A DNA stretch of 64,000 bases. It comes from a virus. Positions 51,770 to 61,961 of this stretch are shown in pieces. The stretch lies in the IMG/VR virus record IMGVR_UViG_3300028876_000002; one strand, written 5' to 3'. The position numbers were made by a program, and so were the translations under genes. The notes beneath the pieces are model-generated. The model was not told where the DNA came from and searched no databases. It saw only the letters and a program-made list of their open reading frames with translations. Every line of letters starts with the position of its first letter. Positions within the stretch are counted from its first letter, which is position 1.

Positions 51770-53971
51770 ATGGCACTCGCAGCCCGCCCTACGCTCACCT
51801 CCAGCACCGACCCGCAGACCGGCGGCCGGCGTTTCGACCCGCGGCCGGAGGGTGGTGGTAACCCGCTGGTGCAGCGGATGGGCCTCCAGGAGGTGCTGGA
51901 CGCGGAGAAGGAGAAGCTCCCGCAGTCCACCACCGAGATCGAGGGCTCGGCCGCAGAGTCGGCCCTCGCCGGCCACGTGCGCCTGGCCTGGAACCGGAAC
52001 AAGCTCGCCAAGGAGCGGATCGGCCAGAAACTGCTGGCCTGCCTGCGTGCCCGCCGCGAGATCTACAGCCCCCAGGAAATCCAGATCATGGAGGGCATGG
52101 GCGGCGGCAACCTGGTGTGGCACCCGCTCACCGAGGTGAAGTGCCGCGCGGCCTCCGCCTGGATCCGCGAGATCGTGCTGCCGGAAGGTGAGCAGCCGTG
52201 GGGCGTTGGCGCCACGCCGATGCCTGATCTGCCGGCCGCGGTCAAGAACGCCGTGGTCAAGAAGGCGCTCAAGCAGGGCCAGCAGATCATGCAGCAGATC
52301 GTCCAGAGCGGTGGTGAGCCGCTGGAGCCGGGCGACTTCCGCGACATGGTGATGGAGCTGGGCGAGAAACTACGCGACGAGGCCGAGGCCACGTTCGTGA
52401 AGATCGCCGAGACCCGGGCCAAGCGCATGGAGAAGGTGATCGCGGACCGGCTTGCCCAAGGCGGCTACCACGCGGCTATGGACGAGTTCATCGAGGACTT
52501 CGTGACCTACCCGGCCGCCATCCTCAAGGGCCCGTTCTACGCCCGGCACAAGCGCCTGAGTTGGGGTGAGGGCTTCACGCCGCACGTCACCAACGATGCG
52601 GCGCAGACCTGGGAGCGGGTCAGCCCCTTCGACGCGTTCCCGTCCCCGGCCGCCAAGGACCCGCAGACCGGGGACTTCATCGAGCGCGTGCGCTTCCAGC
52701 GCAGTGAACTCTGGGACCTCAAGGGCCTGCCCGGGTACCGCGACGACCAGATCGACAGCGCGCTGATGGACTACACCAACGGCCACCTGGAAGGATGGCT
52801 GTGGACGGAATCCGAGCGCCAGCAGCTCGAGCACGAGACCCTGTATATGTGGCTCTCACCTCCCGGGGTGATCGACGCTCTGAACTACTGGGGGTCCGTG
52901 CCGGGCTGGAAGCTCAAGTCCTGGGGCGTGACCGGCGACCTGGAGGACACCCGCGAGTACGAGTGCAACGCCCTGCTGTGCGGCTCCTACGTGCTCTACG
53001 CGTCGCTGAACACCGACCCGATGCAGCAGCGTCCGTACCACAAGGCGTGTTACGACGCCGTGCCGGGCGCGTTCTGGGGCCGCAGCATCCCGGAGCTGGC
53101 CTCCACGCCGCAGAAGATGTGCAACGGGCTGGTGTGCGCCATGGCCAACAACTGGGCCATTGCCTCCGGGCCCATGGGCTGGATCCACAACGACCGCCTG
53201 GCGGATGGCGAGCAGTCGCTGGAACTGTTCCCGTGGAAGATGTTCCAGCTCAAGAGCGACCCGACCCAGGGTGTGAACCCGGGCGTGGGCTTCTTCCAAC
53301 CCAACGACAACAGCGTCAACCTCATGGCGGCGCTGGAGAAGTGGGAGTTGAAGGCCGACGACAGCACCGGCATCCCACGCTACGCCTACGGCAACGAGCG
53401 CTCCGGCGGCAGTGCGGACACGGCCAGCGGCCTGCACACGCTGATGAACAACTCGGCCAAGGGTCTGCGCCGCAGCATCGGGAACATCGACGCCAACGTG
53501 ATCGCGCCGACGATCGGCAACACGTTCGTCAACGAGATGCTCTACAACCCAGATCGCACGATCAAGGGCGACTCGATCGTGGTGCCCCGCGGCGCGGCCG
53601 CGATCCTGATCCGCGAGTCGATGCAGCAACGCCGGCTGCAGTTCCTGACGCTGGTGACCAACCCGCTGCTGGCCAACATCCTCGGCAACGAGGCGATCCT
53701 GGAGACGCTGCGCGAAGTGGCGGCCGTGATGCAGTTGCCGATGGACCTGGTGCCCACCGCTGAGGCCATGGGCCAGCGCATGCAGGAGCAGGCCAAAGCC
53801 CAGCAGCAGGCTGAGCAGGCTCAACTGCAGATGCAGATGCAGCTCCAGGCCGCCAAGGAGCAGGGCATCGCCCAGCGCGAGAGCCAGGGCCAGGAGGCGG
53901 AACTCACGGCCGATATCGTGAAATCCGCGGTGGCGGCCCGGTTGGCCCCGCCGAAGGCGCCTGGTGCATAA
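51770..53971 (+). CDS. portal protein (podovirus type)
   Basis: 733 aa after terL; VSPFDAFPSP, FWGRSIPEL, ASGP, TASGL..LMNN, Gln-rich C-terminal barrel. Confidence 0.9.
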   Translation: MALAARPTLTSSTDPQTGGRRFDPRPEGGGNPLVQRMGLQEVLDAEKEKLPQSTTEIEGSAAESALAGHVRLAWNRNKLAKERIGQKLLACLRARREIYSPQEIQIMEGMGGGNLVWHPLTEVKCRAASAWIREIVLPEGEQPWGVGATPMPDLPAAVKNAVVKKALKQGQQIMQQIVQSGGEPLEPGDFRDMVMELGEKLRDEAEATFVKIAETRAKRMEKVIADRLAQGGYHAAMDEFIEDFVTYPAAILKGPFYARHKRLSWGEGFTPHVTNDAAQTWERVSPFDAFPSPAAKDPQTGDFIERVRFQRSELWDLKGLPGYRDDQIDSALMDYTNGHLEGWLWTESERQQLEHETLYMWLSPPGVIDALNYWGSVPGWKLKSWGVTGDLEDTREYECNALLCGSYVLYASLNTDPMQQRPYHKACYDAVPGAFWGRSIPELASTPQKMCNGLVCAMANNWAIASGPMGWIHNDRLADGEQSLELFPWKMFQLKSDPTQGVNPGVGFFQPNDNSVNLMAALEKWELKADDSTGIPRYAYGNERSGGSADTASGLHTLMNNSAKGLRRSIGNIDANVIAPTIGNTFVNEMLYNPDRTIKGDSIVVPRGAAAILIRESMQQRRLQFLTLVTNPLLANILGNEAILETLREVAAVMQLPMDLVPTAEAMGQRMQEQAKAQQQAEQAQLQMQMQLQAAKEQGIAQRESQGQEAELTADIVKSAVAARLAPPKAPGA

Positions 53972-53980
53972 TCCACCCCA

Positions 53981-54226
53981 ATGAATCAACTGACCAACGA
54001 CCAACTTGCGTTCTTGGAGCGGTTCTCGCGAACCCCCGACGCCCGGTCGTTGCAAGAGATCCTCGGCGCCGAGCTGGCGGCCGTAGAGCAGAGTTTGCGG
54101 AAACTGAGCGACCAGGGCATGTACCGGGCGCAAGGTGACGCAGGCCGGCTCGACTGGCTGATCGCCAAGCTCAGCGCCAAATCTGCGCCCCAGTCCGCGC
54201 CTCGTGCGCCCCGGCTGACGGCGTAA
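53981..54226 (+). CDS. small head-region protein
   Basis: YRAQGDAG motif; conserved position after portal. Confidence 0.65.
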   Translation: MNQLTNDQLAFLERFSRTPDARSLQEILGAELAAVEQSLRKLSDQGMYRAQGDAGRLDWLIAKLSAKSAPQSAPRAPRLTA

Positions 54227-54308
54227 ACAGGCTGGGCAGGGGTGTCTCGCCTCCCCCGAGCATGCGACATCTGGACCCTTGCGTGTCCTGCTCGCGGAGA
54301 CCTGACTA

Positions 54309-55316
54309 ATGGCCCCTGACGCCACGTTGAACACCACACGCCTCCCCCGTGCGGTACTGCGAAAGAGCACGAAGCTCGACGAGCAGTACGGCAAGAAGGA
54401 CCGGAGACAAGATCCCGCGGACCCGACCGGTGCTGCGCCCCAGGCAACTGAGGCACCCCCGACCGAGAACGCAACCCCTCCTGTAACGACGGCCCCGCCC
54501 GTCGATCTGGCACCCACCGCACCGGTGCTGCCGACCATCCAGGATCTGCTCCGGCAGATCGGTGATCTTGAGCAGAAGAACCGCTCAATCTCAGGACGGT
54601 TGGCCGCCATCGCGGAGGAACGCCGGACCGAAAAAGCGCTGCATCGCCAGGAGATGACCAAGTTGCAGGAGCAGGTCCGTGACCTGAAAGCCGCGCAACC
54701 ACAAGCACCAGTCGATCTGTCGAAGCACTTCAGTGCCGAGGAGATCGAGACGCTGGGTGAAGCGAAGTGCCAGGCGATGATCGCCACGGCGCAGAAGGTC
54801 GCCCAAGACAGCGCCCAGGAGGCCCTGAAGCCGATCCAGGAGCAGCAAGCCGCCGCAGCGAGAGCCGCGGAGGACGAAGCCCAGGAACGCTACATCGCCA
54901 AGCTGCTGGAACTGGTCCCCGATTGCCTCACGATCGACAAGGACCCGGCGTGGTTGGAGTGGTTGGCGGAAACGGATGACGACACCGGCGAGCAGCGGCA
55001 GGTCACTTTGGACAGGCACAACGGTCGGCGCGACGCGCCCCGGGTGGCCAGGATGTTCAAGGCGTACCAGGCCACGCTGCAGCCCGTGCCGGCACCTGCT
55101 CCAGCGCCGACGCCCCCTGTGGCGCCGCGCGGCAAAGGTGCTCAGCCGACCGGGGATGTACCCCCGAATCGGCAGCCGAACACCGGTGCCACGGGGCGTC
55201 CGAGTCCGAAGGAGATTGCGGACTTCTACAAGCGAGCGGCGACGAAGCGGATTGGTCAGCCAGGGTACGTGACGGATCAAGAGCGTGTGGAGTTCGAGCG
55301 GCGATTGGGGCAGTGA
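54309..55316 (+). CDS. scaffolding protein
   Basis: Coiled coil with Pro/Ala-rich linkers, directly before the capsid gene. Confidence 0.75.
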   Translation: MAPDATLNTTRLPRAVLRKSTKLDEQYGKKDRRQDPADPTGAAPQATEAPPTENATPPVTTAPPVDLAPTAPVLPTIQDLLRQIGDLEQKNRSISGRLAAIAEERRTEKALHRQEMTKLQEQVRDLKAAQPQAPVDLSKHFSAEEIETLGEAKCQAMIATAQKVAQDSAQEALKPIQEQQAAAARAAEDEAQERYIAKLLELVPDCLTIDKDPAWLEWLAETDDDTGEQRQVTLDRHNGRRDAPRVARMFKAYQATLQPVPAPAPAPTPPVAPRGKGAQPTGDVPPNRQPNTGATGRPSPKEIADFYKRAATKRIGQPGYVTDQERVEFERRLGQ

Positions 55317-55361
55317 TTCCGGCCACATGCCGGGTAACGCGCCAACCACCAAGGAAACACC

Positions 55362-56294
55362 ATGTCCATCGGCGTCGCACGGTCCTCCGGTCAAACTGAC
55401 TACACCGTAGGGTCCGCTTCCAAGTTCATCCCCGAGCTGTACTCGGGCAAGCTGGTCGAGAAGTTCTACAAGTCCACCGTGTTCGGCGAGATCGCCTCGA
55501 CCGACTACGAGGGCGAGATCACCGGCTACGGCAACAACGTCATCATCCGCACCGTGCCGGATGTCACCGTCTCCGACTACACGATCGGTGGCGGGCTGGC
55601 CAACGAGTACCCGGCCAGCGTGGCCGTCAGCCTGACGATCGATCAGGCCAAGTCGTTCGCCGTCGCGCTCAACACCGTCGATGCGGCTCAGTCCGACATC
55701 GACATGGCGAACGTCTTCGCTGACGACGGCAGCATCCAGCTTCGGCTGGCGGCCGACGCCGAGGTGCTGGAGACGATCCCGGCCCAGGTGTCCGCGGACA
55801 ACAGCGGGCGCGTGGCGGGCGTGGACAGCTCCATCGACCTGGGCGACAGCACCACGCCGTTCGGCGTGAGCAAGACCAACGTGCTGGACTTCATGGTGGA
55901 TTGCGGCACCGTGCTGGACGAGCAGGATGTGCCCGACGAAGGCCGCTGGATGGTGGTGCCTCCGTGGTTCACGGCTCGGATCAAGAAGTCCGACCTGAAG
56001 ATCGCCAGCCTGGCCGGGGACAACACCTCGATCCTGCGCAACGGCAAGGTCGGGATGATCGACCGGTTCATGATCTACCAGTCGCGCAACCTGCTCCGCC
56101 AGACCAGCCCGGGCCCGGCCACGTACGTGATGTTCGGCCACAGTGCCGGCCTGACGTTCGCATCGCAGATCGTGCAGCTCCGGATGATCGACAATCCGAA
56201 CGACTTCGGGTACCTGATCCAGGGCCTGATGGTGTTCGGGTTCAAGGTCATCGAGGGGCAGTACATCGGTACCGCCGTCGTGGCCCCGGCGTAA
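55362..56294 (+). CDS. major capsid protein
   Basis: FIPELYSGKL.EKFY..TVF.EI..TDYEGEI; VPDEGRW.VVPP; GLMVFG.KV. Confidence 0.92.
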   Translation: MSIGVARSSGQTDYTVGSASKFIPELYSGKLVEKFYKSTVFGEIASTDYEGEITGYGNNVIIRTVPDVTVSDYTIGGGLANEYPASVAVSLTIDQAKSFAVALNTVDAAQSDIDMANVFADDGSIQLRLAADAEVLETIPAQVSADNSGRVAGVDSSIDLGDSTTPFGVSKTNVLDFMVDCGTVLDEQDVPDEGRWMVVPPWFTARIKKSDLKIASLAGDNTSILRNGKVGMIDRFMIYQSRNLLRQTSPGPATYVMFGHSAGLTFASQIVQLRMIDNPNDFGYLIQGLMVFGFKVIEGQYIGTAVVAPA

Positions 56295-56361
56295 GCAGGC
56301 AGCCCGGCCCCAGGCCGGGCGCCTCAACCCGCAAACTGCAACCTTCACCTGGAGATCCAAC

Positions 56362-56568
56362 ATGGTCAAGATCGTCACCCCCTACGGCGAGAGCGTTCAG
56401 GCGCTGCTGCCGCCCGACACCATCACCCACCAGCTCAACATGGCCAAGGGCAAGGCCAAGCCGCGGTACCCGAGCGGCAAGCCCACCGTCGATGTCACCA
56501 CCGGCGGTGGCAAGGGTCCGATGAAGATCCGTGCCCTGACGCCCGATTCGAGCCCGTCCGGCTCGTAA
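56362..56568 (+). CDS. small hypothetical protein
   Basis: GGAG RBS, flanked by hairpins. Confidence 0.55.
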   Translation: MVKIVTPYGESVQALLPPDTITHQLNMAKGKAKPRYPSGKPTVDVTTGGGKGPMKIRALTPDSSPSGS

Positions 56569-56631
56569 TCCAACCCCGGGCCCGACCACCAGGCCGGGCC
56601 TGGCTCTCAACTCGCGCCTTGGAGGAAACAC

Positions 56632-57048
56632 ATGGCCATCAGCTCCCAGCAAGAGATCCAGGCAGTCGCCCAACGTCAGAAGTCCAAGCGGTACTCGCAG
56701 GACAAGACGAACCCGATGTGCATCAACGTCAACGACGGGCGCCTGTTCCCGAACGTGCCGAACATCCGCAAGAACCCGGACTACCGCGTCTACACCGGGG
56801 ACATCAACGCCTCCGCCAAGGAGCGGATGGACTATCTGAAGTCCGGTATCGGCCCGAAGCGTGCGCGCGTGGTGGTAGAAGCCGAACCGGCGCCTTTCGT
56901 GGTGGCCACGGCCGACAAGGACGACCTGATCGCCTTCGCCAGCGTGGAGTACGGCTACGCGCTGGACGCCCGCAAGACGGTGGAGAACCTACGTGTGGAC
57001 TTCACCAAATACCTGGCCACGTTGGAAACCTCGGACGCCCTGGGCTAA
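56632..57048 (+). CDS. hypothetical head-region protein
   Basis: GGAGG RBS. Confidence 0.6.
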   Translation: MAISSQQEIQAVAQRQKSKRYSQDKTNPMCINVNDGRLFPNVPNIRKNPDYRVYTGDINASAKERMDYLKSGIGPKRARVVVEAEPAPFVVATADKDDLIAFASVEYGYALDARKTVENLRVDFTKYLATLETSDALG

Positions 57049-57051
57049 GCC

Positions 57052-57696
57052 GTGGCGCTGACCGTCGCCGATGTTGTCACCACCGCCCGCGGCACCCTGC
57101 TGGATGCCGCAGCGGTGGCGTGGCCGGACGCGGAACTGGTCCGCTACGTCAACGAGGCGCTGCGCGCCACCTCCGCCGTCAAGCCGGACCTGTACACGAA
57201 GCGCGGGAACGTCGAGATGGACGGCGGGTCACTGCAGCAGCTGCCGACAGACGGCATCTCGCTGATCGACGTGTTCGAGAACGCCTACAGCGGCACACCG
57301 GTGACCTTGGTGGACAAGGAGCTGCTGGACGAGTGCAACCGGTTCCTCACGCCCGCCGACCGCGAGCGCGACGTGCAGCACTACACCGCCGACCCGCGTG
57401 ACCCGCGCCGGTTCGTCGTGACACCACCCAACGATGGGACGGGCGAGGTGCGGACGATGTACGGCGCGGTGCACCCGGCGGTGACCAGCACGGCCGACGA
57501 CCTGCTGGTGGATGACATCTACCAACCCCTGCTGGTGGACTACGTGCTGCACCGAGCCTACGCCAAGAACTCCAAGCGCCAGGACTTGACCAAGAGCGGG
57601 TACTACAGGCAGCAGTGGGCCCAGGCCGTGGGCCTGAACACCCAGGCGCAAGTCGCCATCGCACCCAAGGTCTCCGTCTCGGAAGGCATGCAATGA
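57052..57696 (+). CDS. head-tail adaptor (DUF6682-like)
   Basis: WPDAELVRYVNEA...LVDYVLHRAYAKN. Confidence 0.8.
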   Translation: MALTVADVVTTARGTLLDAAAVAWPDAELVRYVNEALRATSAVKPDLYTKRGNVEMDGGSLQQLPTDGISLIDVFENAYSGTPVTLVDKELLDECNRFLTPADRERDVQHYTADPRDPRRFVVTPPNDGTGEVRTMYGAVHPAVTSTADDLLVDDIYQPLLVDYVLHRAYAKNSKRQDLTKSGYYRQQWAQAVGLNTQAQVAIAPKVSVSEGMQ

Positions 57697-58334
57697 ACAT
57701 CGTCGATGCCTTGCCGCGCATCGCGCAGATCGCGCGGCGGTGCCCCACAGCCACCCTCACCCGAGCCTACGTGGACGCCGCGCGGACCTTCTGCGGGCAG
57801 ACACGCTGGCTGCGCGAGACCTTGGCCGACATCACGACCGCCGTGGACGACCCGTCGTACGTGCTGGGGTCCGCGGACGAAGGCTTGGAGGTGATCGGCG
57901 TGCGGCAGGTGATCGGCACCGACAGCCGCGGGCAGCAGTGGGAACTGCCCCCGCTGGACGCCACGACCAAGTGTTTGAACACCGACAACGCCCAGCCGCG
58001 GTGGTACTCCTACAGTCCCGAGGGTGCCCTGGTGCTGCACCGGACCCCGGACGCGGCCTACACGCTCACGGTCATGGCGCAAGTGCAGCCCATCCGCACA
58101 GCGACGACCATCCCTGACGCACTGGATCGCAAGTGGAGCCTGGCGCTGATGGCCGGCGCGCTCGGGTACTTGCTGGATCTGCCTCGCCAGCCGTGGACCG
58201 ACCACAGCCAGGCCTTGAAGCGGCAGAAGGAGTTCCAGTCGGCGATCAACAACGCCAAAGCGGACGAGCAGCGCGGCTACAACACGGGCAGCGTGCGGGC
58301 CCGCCCGCGGCTCTTCGTGCGGCCGGGGTTCTGA
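57693..58334 (+). CDS. second head-tail/tail tube adaptor
   Basis: CPTATL...ARTFC.QTRWLR; LL..PRQPWTD. Confidence 0.75.
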   Translation: MNIVDALPRIAQIARRCPTATLTRAYVDAARTFCGQTRWLRETLADITTAVDDPSYVLGSADEGLEVIGVRQVIGTDSRGQQWELPPLDATTKCLNTDNAQPRWYSYSPEGALVLHRTPDAAYTLTVMAQVQPIRTATTIPDALDRKWSLALMAGALGYLLDLPRQPWTDHSQALKRQKEFQSAINNAKADEQRGYNTGSVRARPRLFVRPGF

Positions 58335-58337
58335 TGC

Positions 58338-60791
58338 ATGGCCAAAATCACGATCGACTCGTTCCGAGGTGAAGCACCCCGACTGACGCCGCGGGCGCTG
58401 CCCCCCAACGCCGCCCAGGTGGCGATCAACGCCCGGCTGCAGTCCGGCGACCTGGAGTCCTGGCGCGGCATGCTGGAGACGGCCAGCCTCGCCAACGACG
58501 CCCGGACCATCTACCTGCTGAATGACGCGTGGCTCTCATGGGAGAGCGACGTGGACGTGGCCCGCGGCCCCATTGCCGGGGACACGACGTACCGGGTGTA
58601 CCTCACCGGGCCGGACGAGTACGACCAACCCCGATTCACGAACTACGCGCTGGCCACCACCGGGTCGGCTCCCTACCCTGTCACCACCCGGCCGTTGGGC
58701 GTGCCCGGCCCGGTCTCGGAGCCGACGCTCGTGATCGGGGTGGACCCCAGCCCGACGACGTTCACCGTGGACGTGTTGGACGAGGGTGACGTGCTGGGCA
58801 GCCAGTGGGTTGCGTCTCCTCATGCCCAAGGTGGGGGTCTTTACTCCGACGTGTCTCAGGAGGCCTCCGGCGGTAATCCCGGCAGTTGCTACAAGCTCAG
58901 CTTCGACGAGAGCAAGCCGGGGGCAGGCCCGTACGCGTACCGAAAAGTGGACACCGCCAGTGCGACGGTGATCCATGCCAGCGCAGACTTCAAGTTCACC
59001 GACAGCGACAACGAAGCTCCCCGCCGGGCAGGCTTTGCCGTGGCCACGTCGGCTGACGGCGTGGGCTGCGCGGCACAGGTGTTCAACGGAACCGGCCTGC
59101 GCATCTTCAACCAGCCGGACAAGGGTGGGTGGTTCGGTGGCGCCGTAGTGGATACCGTGCCGTGCTCCTTGGCCTACGACACCTGGTACACGTTCGACGT
59201 GGTGATGATCGTCAACACGAACGGTACGCAGACGGTGACGGTGCAGGTGTTGCAAGGTTCGGCGCAGATCGCCACGGTGACCGCCACTTCGGTGTTCACG
59301 GTGGGCGACTACATCGGGATCAACGCCGTAGCGGGGAATGACGCGGACGCCCAGTACGCAACCCTCTTCGACAACATCCACGTCCAGGCCAGCGGGTCGA
59401 ACGGGTTCACGCCGGTGAACATCGCCACCAGCTACGTCTACACGTTCGTCAACGACCTGGGCGAGGAGTCCACCCCCAGCACACCCAGCAGCGTCATCCA
59501 ACGCCCGGACGGCGTGTCGGTGGCGGTGACCACGCCCACCGCGATCCCGAGCGGGATCAGCAGCACGTACGGCATCACCACAAAACGGATCTACCGGGCC
59601 GCTACCGGCAACACGGGCACCGTGTTCAGGTTCGTGGCCGAGATCGACCTGGCGACCGAGACCTACGAGGACGTGCTCACTGACGAGCAACTCGGAGAGG
59701 TGCTGGAGAGCGAAGAGTTCGACCTGCCACCGGACGACCTGCGCGGCATCATCGCCCTGCCGAACGGGGTGATGGCCGGGTTCAGCAAGAACCAGCTTTG
59801 CTTGAGCGCGCAGAACCGCCCGCACGCCTGGCCAGTCGGCAATCGCCTCATCACCGACACCGACATCGTGTCGATCGCCAACATCGACACCACGGTGGTG
59901 GTGGGCACGGAGAGCTTCGTGTACAGCGCCAGCGGCAACGACCCGGCCGCCTACAGCATGAGCCAGCCTGGAGCGCCGCAGGCGTGCGTGGCTAAGCGCT
60001 CCATGCGGTACCTGAACGACTCGGTGGGGGTGGTGTTCGCGAGCCCGGATGGGCTGATGGCGATGACCGGCCCGACGACCGTGCGCAACGTGACCGAGGG
60101 GGTGTTCACCCGCCGCCAGTGGCAGGACCTCGTGCCGGAGACGATCCGCGCCGCGGTGCACGACGACATCTACTTCTTCAGTTACGGCACGAACTCGTCA
60201 GCGTCGGGCGGGATGTTCATGCTCGACCTGAAGACTTCCGGCTTCGGGTTGGTGCGGCTGGACTACTTCGCCAACGCGATGTATTCCGACCCACTGACTG
60301 ACAAGCTATTCATGACCCAGACGGATGAAACGGAGGAACAAGTGTTCAGCATGCAATTGGCAGATACGGGTTTGAGCATGGATTTCTCTTTCAACACCAC
60401 GTGGGGTACGGCAGTGGTGTTGACCACTGCAAGCTACGCGTCCTGGAACGCGTATACCGGGAAGATCGAGATAAACCAACCCGGGGTATACGAGGTGGTG
60501 TTTTCTGCGCAATTCGACTCCAGCGTATTCACAAACTACGATTGCTGCATTGGGACCACCCCATACGGTTTGGCTAGTGCGAGCAAGTATCCCAATGCCG
60601 CAGGCATTAGCTCACACCACGTTGACGCCAACAGCACCGGTCAAACCAATGAGGCCATCACGGACATGTGGCTCCTCACCGTGGCGGCCTCTGACTCATT
60701 CTTCCCCACCATCTACGGGACGTCGGGTGCAGCAGTACCATACACCGCAGCCCTGGCCGTAACAGTCAATCGGCTCGGGGATATCGCGTGA
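58338..60791 (+). CDS. tail tube/stabilisation protein (nozzle) with an inserted lectin-like domain and a foreign C-terminus
   Basis: FRGEAPRLTPRALP, YVYTFVNDLGEES, RIYRA, LPNGVMAGF, PHAWP, VFASPDGL. Confidence 0.85.
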   Translation: MAKITIDSFRGEAPRLTPRALPPNAAQVAINARLQSGDLESWRGMLETASLANDARTIYLLNDAWLSWESDVDVARGPIAGDTTYRVYLTGPDEYDQPRFTNYALATTGSAPYPVTTRPLGVPGPVSEPTLVIGVDPSPTTFTVDVLDEGDVLGSQWVASPHAQGGGLYSDVSQEASGGNPGSCYKLSFDESKPGAGPYAYRKVDTASATVIHASADFKFTDSDNEAPRRAGFAVATSADGVGCAAQVFNGTGLRIFNQPDKGGWFGGAVVDTVPCSLAYDTWYTFDVVMIVNTNGTQTVTVQVLQGSAQIATVTATSVFTVGDYIGINAVAGNDADAQYATLFDNIHVQASGSNGFTPVNIATSYVYTFVNDLGEESTPSTPSSVIQRPDGVSVAVTTPTAIPSGISSTYGITTKRIYRAATGNTGTVFRFVAEIDLATETYEDVLTDEQLGEVLESEEFDLPPDDLRGIIALPNGVMAGFSKNQLCLSAQNRPHAWPVGNRLITDTDIVSIANIDTTVVVGTESFVYSASGNDPAAYSMSQPGAPQACVAKRSMRYLNDSVGVVFASPDGLMAMTGPTTVRNVTEGVFTRRQWQDLVPETIRAAVHDDIYFFSYGTNSSASGGMFMLDLKTSGFGLVRLDYFANAMYSDPLTDKLFMTQTDETEEQVFSMQLADTGLSMDFSFNTTWGTAVVLTTASYASWNAYTGKIEINQPGVYEVVFSAQFDSSVFTNYDCCIGTTPYGLASASKYPNAAGISSHHVDANSTGQTNEAITDMWLLTVAASDSFFPTIYGTSGAAVPYTAALAVTVNRLGDIA

Positions 60792-61426
60792 CAACGCTCA
60801 TCACCATGGTCCCGACCGGCGCGACGTTGCGCGAGGATTGGGCACGGGAGTGCCGGGAGTCCGCCGCGGGACAGGCCAATCACATCACGGTGCCGGCCGG
60901 AGACTTCTTCACCGGCCGGGCGCAGACGTACACCTGGGGCGGCGTCGTGGCGTGCCTGGATTGGGACGACCGGCTTTGCCCAGGCGCGGTGGCTGCGTGC
61001 GAAAAAGCCATGGCCGCCCACAAGGTGGGAGTGGCGTTCACGTGGCAGCGCAAGATTGACCCGGATGGAAACGAAATAGAGTCGGCATGCAACCCGGTGA
61101 GCCGGCGCATGCTTGGGTCCCTGCCGGACAGCGTGCACCATCTGACGCTCGTTCGAACGGAATACCTACCGAAGGACCTGCTACCGGTGTTCCAAGCTGT
61201 CGCACCCCTGTGCGTTGATTGGCTCGTAAAGGCGTACGTGGCACTGAAATTCGGCGCGGTGCAGGTACCGATGGTTGGCTACGAGTGGCGGCAGCACGTT
61301 GACCAGGCCTCCCGCACACTGGCGCCTGCATACCGCGACCAAGTGCCTCGCGCCCGCGCGCTAATTCGTACGTGGCTACCCACCGGGATCGAGCAGACGC
61401 ATGACTTTCCGATCTGGAAGGGCTGA
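60788..61426 (+). CDS. glycosyltransferase, GT-A (GT2-like)
   Basis: ACLDWDDRLCPGA (DxDD), VAFT, HHLTLVR, DW, YEWRQH. Confidence 0.65.
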   Translation: MTTLITMVPTGATLREDWARECRESAAGQANHITVPAGDFFTGRAQTYTWGGVVACLDWDDRLCPGAVAACEKAMAAHKVGVAFTWQRKIDPDGNEIESACNPVSRRMLGSLPDSVHHLTLVRTEYLPKDLLPVFQAVAPLCVDWLVKAYVALKFGAVQVPMVGYEWRQHVDQASRTLAPAYRDQVPRARALIRTWLPTGIEQTHDFPIWKG

Positions 61427-61429
61427 CCC

Positions 61430-61741
61430 GTGGCCACCTCCACCATCTTCGAGTTCGATGCCGATCCCGGTAACCCGCTGCCGCGCACCTGGCGCGGCAA
61501 GCTGAACCTGCTGGAGCGGCCCTCGGCATTCGCGATCTGCCAGGTGAAGGCCGAGGACTACGCCAGCATCCTGCTGCGGTTGTACGCTGACGGGGCGCTG
61601 CTAACCGAGGTCACCGTCACCAGCCAGGAGGAGTTCACCTTGCCGCTGGCGAACGAGTACGCCAGCTTCGAAGTCGAGGTGTACGGTACCTCGCGCGTCT
61701 ACTCCATCCAGGTGGCCGAGGACGTGATGGAGCTCACCTGA
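61430..61741 (+). CDS. detached C-terminal domain of the stabilisation protein, copy B
   Basis: GTG start; paralogue of 1-312. Confidence 0.75.
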   Translation: MATSTIFEFDADPGNPLPRTWRGKLNLLERPSAFAICQVKAEDYASILLRLYADGALLTEVTVTSQEEFTLPLANEYASFEVEVYGTSRVYSIQVAEDVMELT

Positions 61742-61961
61742 TGGCACTCGGCAAACCCCCCATCAGCACCCCGCGCACGCTCGAACTGCGCGTCGTGGCG
61801 CAGGCTGTCGAGAACATCCGCCAGCGCATCGAGGCGATTGAAGGTGTCAGCGCCACCACGGCCGCGCAAGCCGGCGAGACCACGCTGCGGGCTGGGCAGC
61901 AGAACATCAGCATCTCGGCGCTGCGGGCGCAACTGGTGGCGCTGGCGGCTCGTGTGGACGC
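61700..61961 (+). repeat. second copy of the 262-bp identical block
   Basis: Matches 271-532. Confidence 0.9.
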
